Shown here: piece after piece, positions 61,598-64,000 of the stretch
Numbering within the stretch: position 1 is the first letter of the stretch
Layout: each line of letters starts with the position of its first letter
NCBI GenBank assembly: GCA_965602015.1
Contig: OZ271918.1
Coordinates: 1,984,001 to 2,048,000 of the forward strand
Source: Salinispira sp.
Lineage (GTDB): Bacteria; Spirochaetota; Spirochaetia; DSM-27196; Salinispiraceae
Length of the DNA stretch: 64,000 nt
Reading direction: 5' to 3'
Translations under genes and position numbers: made by a program
The notes under the pieces: generated by a model
What the model was told of the DNA's origin: nothing
Seen by the model: the letters and a program-made list of their open reading frames with translations, nothing else
Database searches by the model: none

Positions 61598-62536
61598 TTA
61601 AACCTCCGGTACGTCTATTGTATAGCTCTCCCGCAGCCGCTCGAGCTCGGAGGCAATGGCTTCCTGCTCTTTCTGACCGCTGAGATAGTTGCGAATGCTT
61701 TCCCTCGCCGTTTCGAAGTCGATGAGGCCCGCTTCGCTGCGTTCCCGAACAAAAATCAGGTGAAGCCCGAATTGAGTCTCTACTACCTCACTCACCTCTC
61801 CTACCGGCAAGGCAAATGCGGCTTCCTCGAAGGGTGCGACCATTTGGCCTCGTTCGAAGGCTCCGAGATCGCCGCCGTTGGGCCCGCTCGGTCCCTCGGA
61901 ATACTCCCGGGCCATCTCCGCGAAATCAGCGCCGTCGGAAAGTCTACGGGCAACCTCGTTTATTTTTTGCTCTGCCTCAGTCCTCGTCGCCTGATCGGCA
62001 TCAGGATCAAGCTGAATGAGAATGTGCGAAGCTGTTACGGTCTCCGGCGTTTCAAAATACAGCGGGTTCTCCTGGTAGAATAACTGCATTTCTTCTTCAT
62101 TTACTTCGATTTCTCCGTAAATTTTTTCTTCAATATATTTTCTAATTAAGAGAGCATCGCTAATCTCCGCAAGCAGGAGCTCTTCGGTGTATCCGTATCC
62201 GGAAATAGCATTGAGGTACGCCTCTTCATCGGGAAATTGTGATTTAACAGTCTCCAGCTCGGCATCCAGCTCGCCATCTTCAAGGGAATATCCCGCAGAA
62301 CTGGCTGCGGCCACCAGGAGCTTTCTCTCGACAATCTGCTCAAGCAGACTGCTGCGCATATCCTGAACCTGTGCCTCGGTGATGTTTGCCCCTTGGGCCT
62401 CATACTGATTCATCATGCGGTCAACTTCGAAATTGAGCTCTTCCTCGCTGACGCTGATGACTTCGGCTGTGCCTGCGCAGGAGGCGATCAGGAGCAGCAA
62501 AGCTATAAATACAGTGGTGAAACTACGTTTTTTCAT
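61598..62536 (-). CDS. SurA/PrsA-type parvulin peptidyl-prolyl isomerase lipoprotein
   Basis: Lipobox IAS-C; ASHILI, FAEMAREYSE, GGDLG, FEEAAF, ETQFGLHLI. Confidence 0.93.
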   Translation of the reverse strand: MKKRSFTTVFIALLLLIASCAGTAEVISVSEEELNFEVDRMMNQYEAQGANITEAQVQDMRSSLLEQIVERKLLVAAASSAGYSLEDGELDAELETVKSQFPDEEAYLNAISGYGYTEELLLAEISDALLIRKYIEEKIYGEIEVNEEEMQLFYQENPLYFETPETVTASHILIQLDPDADQATRTEAEQKINEVARRLSDGADFAEMAREYSEGPSGPNGGDLGAFERGQMVAPFEEAAFALPVGEVSEVVETQFGLHLIFVRERSEAGLIDFETARESIRNYLSGQKEQEAIASELERLRESYTIDVPEV

Positions 62537-62630
62537 GAAAAATCCTCTGATAAAAAATCCCGTCTATATGGGTAAAACGGTCACGCCCACCCTATCAGTT
62601 TGGGGAAATTTCATCCAGTGTTACACAGAA

Positions 62631-63254
62631 CGGTCGCGCCGCTCGTTGGTTTTACGTCCCGGTATTTTTAAAAATAAAAAGCCCTCTGATGAGGGCTTTT
62701 TAATTCTACCGGAGACGGGACTTCCTCCAAGTGGCTCACTTCCTGTTCGCCTCTTTCCGGCCGCCTTCCTCGCTAAAACGCCCTCCGTGGCGTTTTGCGC
62801 TTCCTATTCGGTCGCGCCGCTCGTTGGTTTCAAGTCCCGGTTTTTTAAAATCAAAAAGCCCTCTGATGAGGGCTTTTTAATTCTACCGGAGACGGGACTT
62901 CCTCCAAGTGGCTCACTTCCTGTTCGCCTCTTTCCGGCCGCCTTCCTCGCTAAAACGCCCTCCGTGGCGTTTTGCGCTCCCTATTCGGTCGCGCCGCTCG
63001 TTGGTTTCAAGCCCCGGTTTTTTAAAATCAAAAAGCCCTCTGATGAGGGCTTTTTAATTCTACCGGAGACGGGACTTCCTCCAAGTGGCTCACTTCCTGT
63101 TCGCCTCTTTCCGGCCGCCTTCCTCGCTAAAACGCCCTCCGTGGCGTTTTGCGCTCCCTATTCGGTCGCGCCGCTCGTTGGTTTCAAGTCCCGGTTTTTT
63201 AAAATCAAAAAGCCCTCTGATGAGGGCTTTTTAATTCTACCGGAGACGGGACTT
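62631..63254 (-). repeat. Tandem array of ~3.5 x 177-bp units anchored on the tRNA-Leu 3' end
   Basis: TACCGGAGACGGGACTT at 62707, 62884, 63061 and 63238 (period 177); terminator hairpin AAAAAGCCCTC-TGAT-GAGGGCTTTTT at 62676, 62853, 63030 and 63207. Confidence 0.97.
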
Positions 63255-63323
63255 GAACCCGTACAGCTTTTTCGAGCCGGGGGATTTTAAGTCCCCTGTG
63301 TCTACCAATTCCACCACTCCGGC
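63238..63323 (-). tRNA. tRNA-Leu (anticodon TAA), CCA not encoded
   Basis: GCCGGAGTGGTGGAATTGGTAGACACAGGGGACTTAAAATCCCCCGGCTCGAAAAAGCTGTACGGGTTCAAGTCCCGTCTCCGGTA; long variable arm. Confidence 0.97.
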
Positions 63324-63335
63324 ACGGTCGAGGCG

Positions 63336-63365
63336 ATACTACTATGGCCCTTAATCCGTGGTCAA
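63336..63365 (-). promoter_or_regulatory. Sigma70-type promoter of tRNA-Leu
   Basis: TTGACC-N18-TAGTAT on the minus strand. Confidence 0.6.
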
Positions 63366-63385
63366 GCTTTTGCTATACTGGGCAT

Positions 63386-64000
63386 ATGCATCAAGAGACG
63401 ATAGCTCACGGGTTTGTAGACAGTCATTTTCACCTCGCCATTCTCGAGTCGAAGAATGTGGACATGGGGGTTCTTGCGAAAAAACTCACAGCATCGGGTG
63501 TGAGTGCCGGCATCGACATTGCCGTCGGCCTTGAGGATTTGGAAGAGAGAAAAAACCGGCTCAAAGTTTTTCCGGGTTTTGGCTACAGTATCGGACTGTA
63601 TCCCTCATATGCCGATCGGGATGATATGGATGCAGAACTCCATAGGCTCAGGCAGGTGGTCGCCGAGCATGCTCGGGACCCCCGCTTTGTCGCGATGGGC
63701 GAAATGGGGCTCGATTATCATTGGAACTATGGAAGCCCTGAGCTTCAGCGGTATATATTGCAATCCCAACTCGATATAGCAGCGGAATCCGGTTTGCCGG
63801 TGGTAATTCATAACCGACAGGCCGATGATGATCTCTTTAAAATTTTACGGGGGTCGGAGAGTCGGGGCATTATGCATTGTTTTTCATCGAATGCCGAGCA
63901 GATGCGGAAGTTTACCGAGTTGGGGATGTACATCAGCTTCGCGGGTAACCTTACCTTCAAAAATGCCCATGATATCCGGCAGGCAGCGGCCGAGGTACCC
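63386..64000 (+). CDS. TatD family hydrolase (runs off window end)
   Basis: Not in ORF track. Manual translation VDSHFH..GEMGLDYHW..PVVIHNR..GIMHCFS..YISFAGNLTFKN. Confidence 0.94.
   Translation, partial: MHQETIAHGFVDSHFHLAILESKNVDMGVLAKKLTASGVSAGIDIAVGLEDLEERKNRLKVFPGFGYSIGLYPSYADRDDMDAELHRLRQVVAEHARDPRFVAMGEMGLDYHWNYGSPELQRYILQSQLDIAAESGLPVVIHNRQADDDLFKILRGSESRGIMHCFSSNAEQMRKFTELGMYISFAGNLTFKNAHDIRQAAAEVP

Noticed and set aside
62631..63254. Possible CRISPR array
   Set aside because: Units are near-identical along their whole length, with no unique spacers and no cas genes.
62415..63290. 291-aa ORF with 59-aa repeats
   Set aside because: It is a by-product of the 177-bp (3 x 59) period; it runs antisense through the tRNA and the foldase gene and crosses four terminators.

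Overview
This window looks like core chromosomal DNA from a bacterium, inferred to be a free-living spirochaete. The inference rests on the rpsF-ssb-rpsR-DUF2232-rplI-dnaB order, a TPAT transporter, a PlzA-like protein and the lipoprotein and signal-peptide styles. Contents in order: (1) the S6/SSB/S18/L9/DnaB operon with a structured leader; (2) a NifA-like sigma54 activator followed by a sigma54-driven amtB-PII operon; (3) two hybrid histidine kinases and an orphan CARF/RtcR-like sigma54 activator; (4) a B12-dependent class II ribonucleotide reductase with tandem NrdR boxes; (5) msrA, deoD, a kinase-less PhoR-like sensor, a DtxR-family regulator, ilvD and an AlaX editing protein; (6) metH, followed by a 52-aa rubredoxin that the ORF track missed; (7) a TPAT (TRAP-T) transporter, a MATE pump, a phosphosugar mutase, uvrD/rep, pcm, prfC and a SurA/PrsA foldase; (8) tRNA-Leu(TAA) and a partial TatD gene. 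I saw no transposase, integrase, prophage or CRISPR array. The most unusual structure is an array of about 3.5 x 177-bp repeats anchored on the 3' end of tRNA-Leu. Each unit carries a copy of the tRNA 3' end, a terminator, an inverted copy of the T-arm and about 8 GGA motifs on one strand. All protein calls come from reading motifs by eye; no database searches were run.
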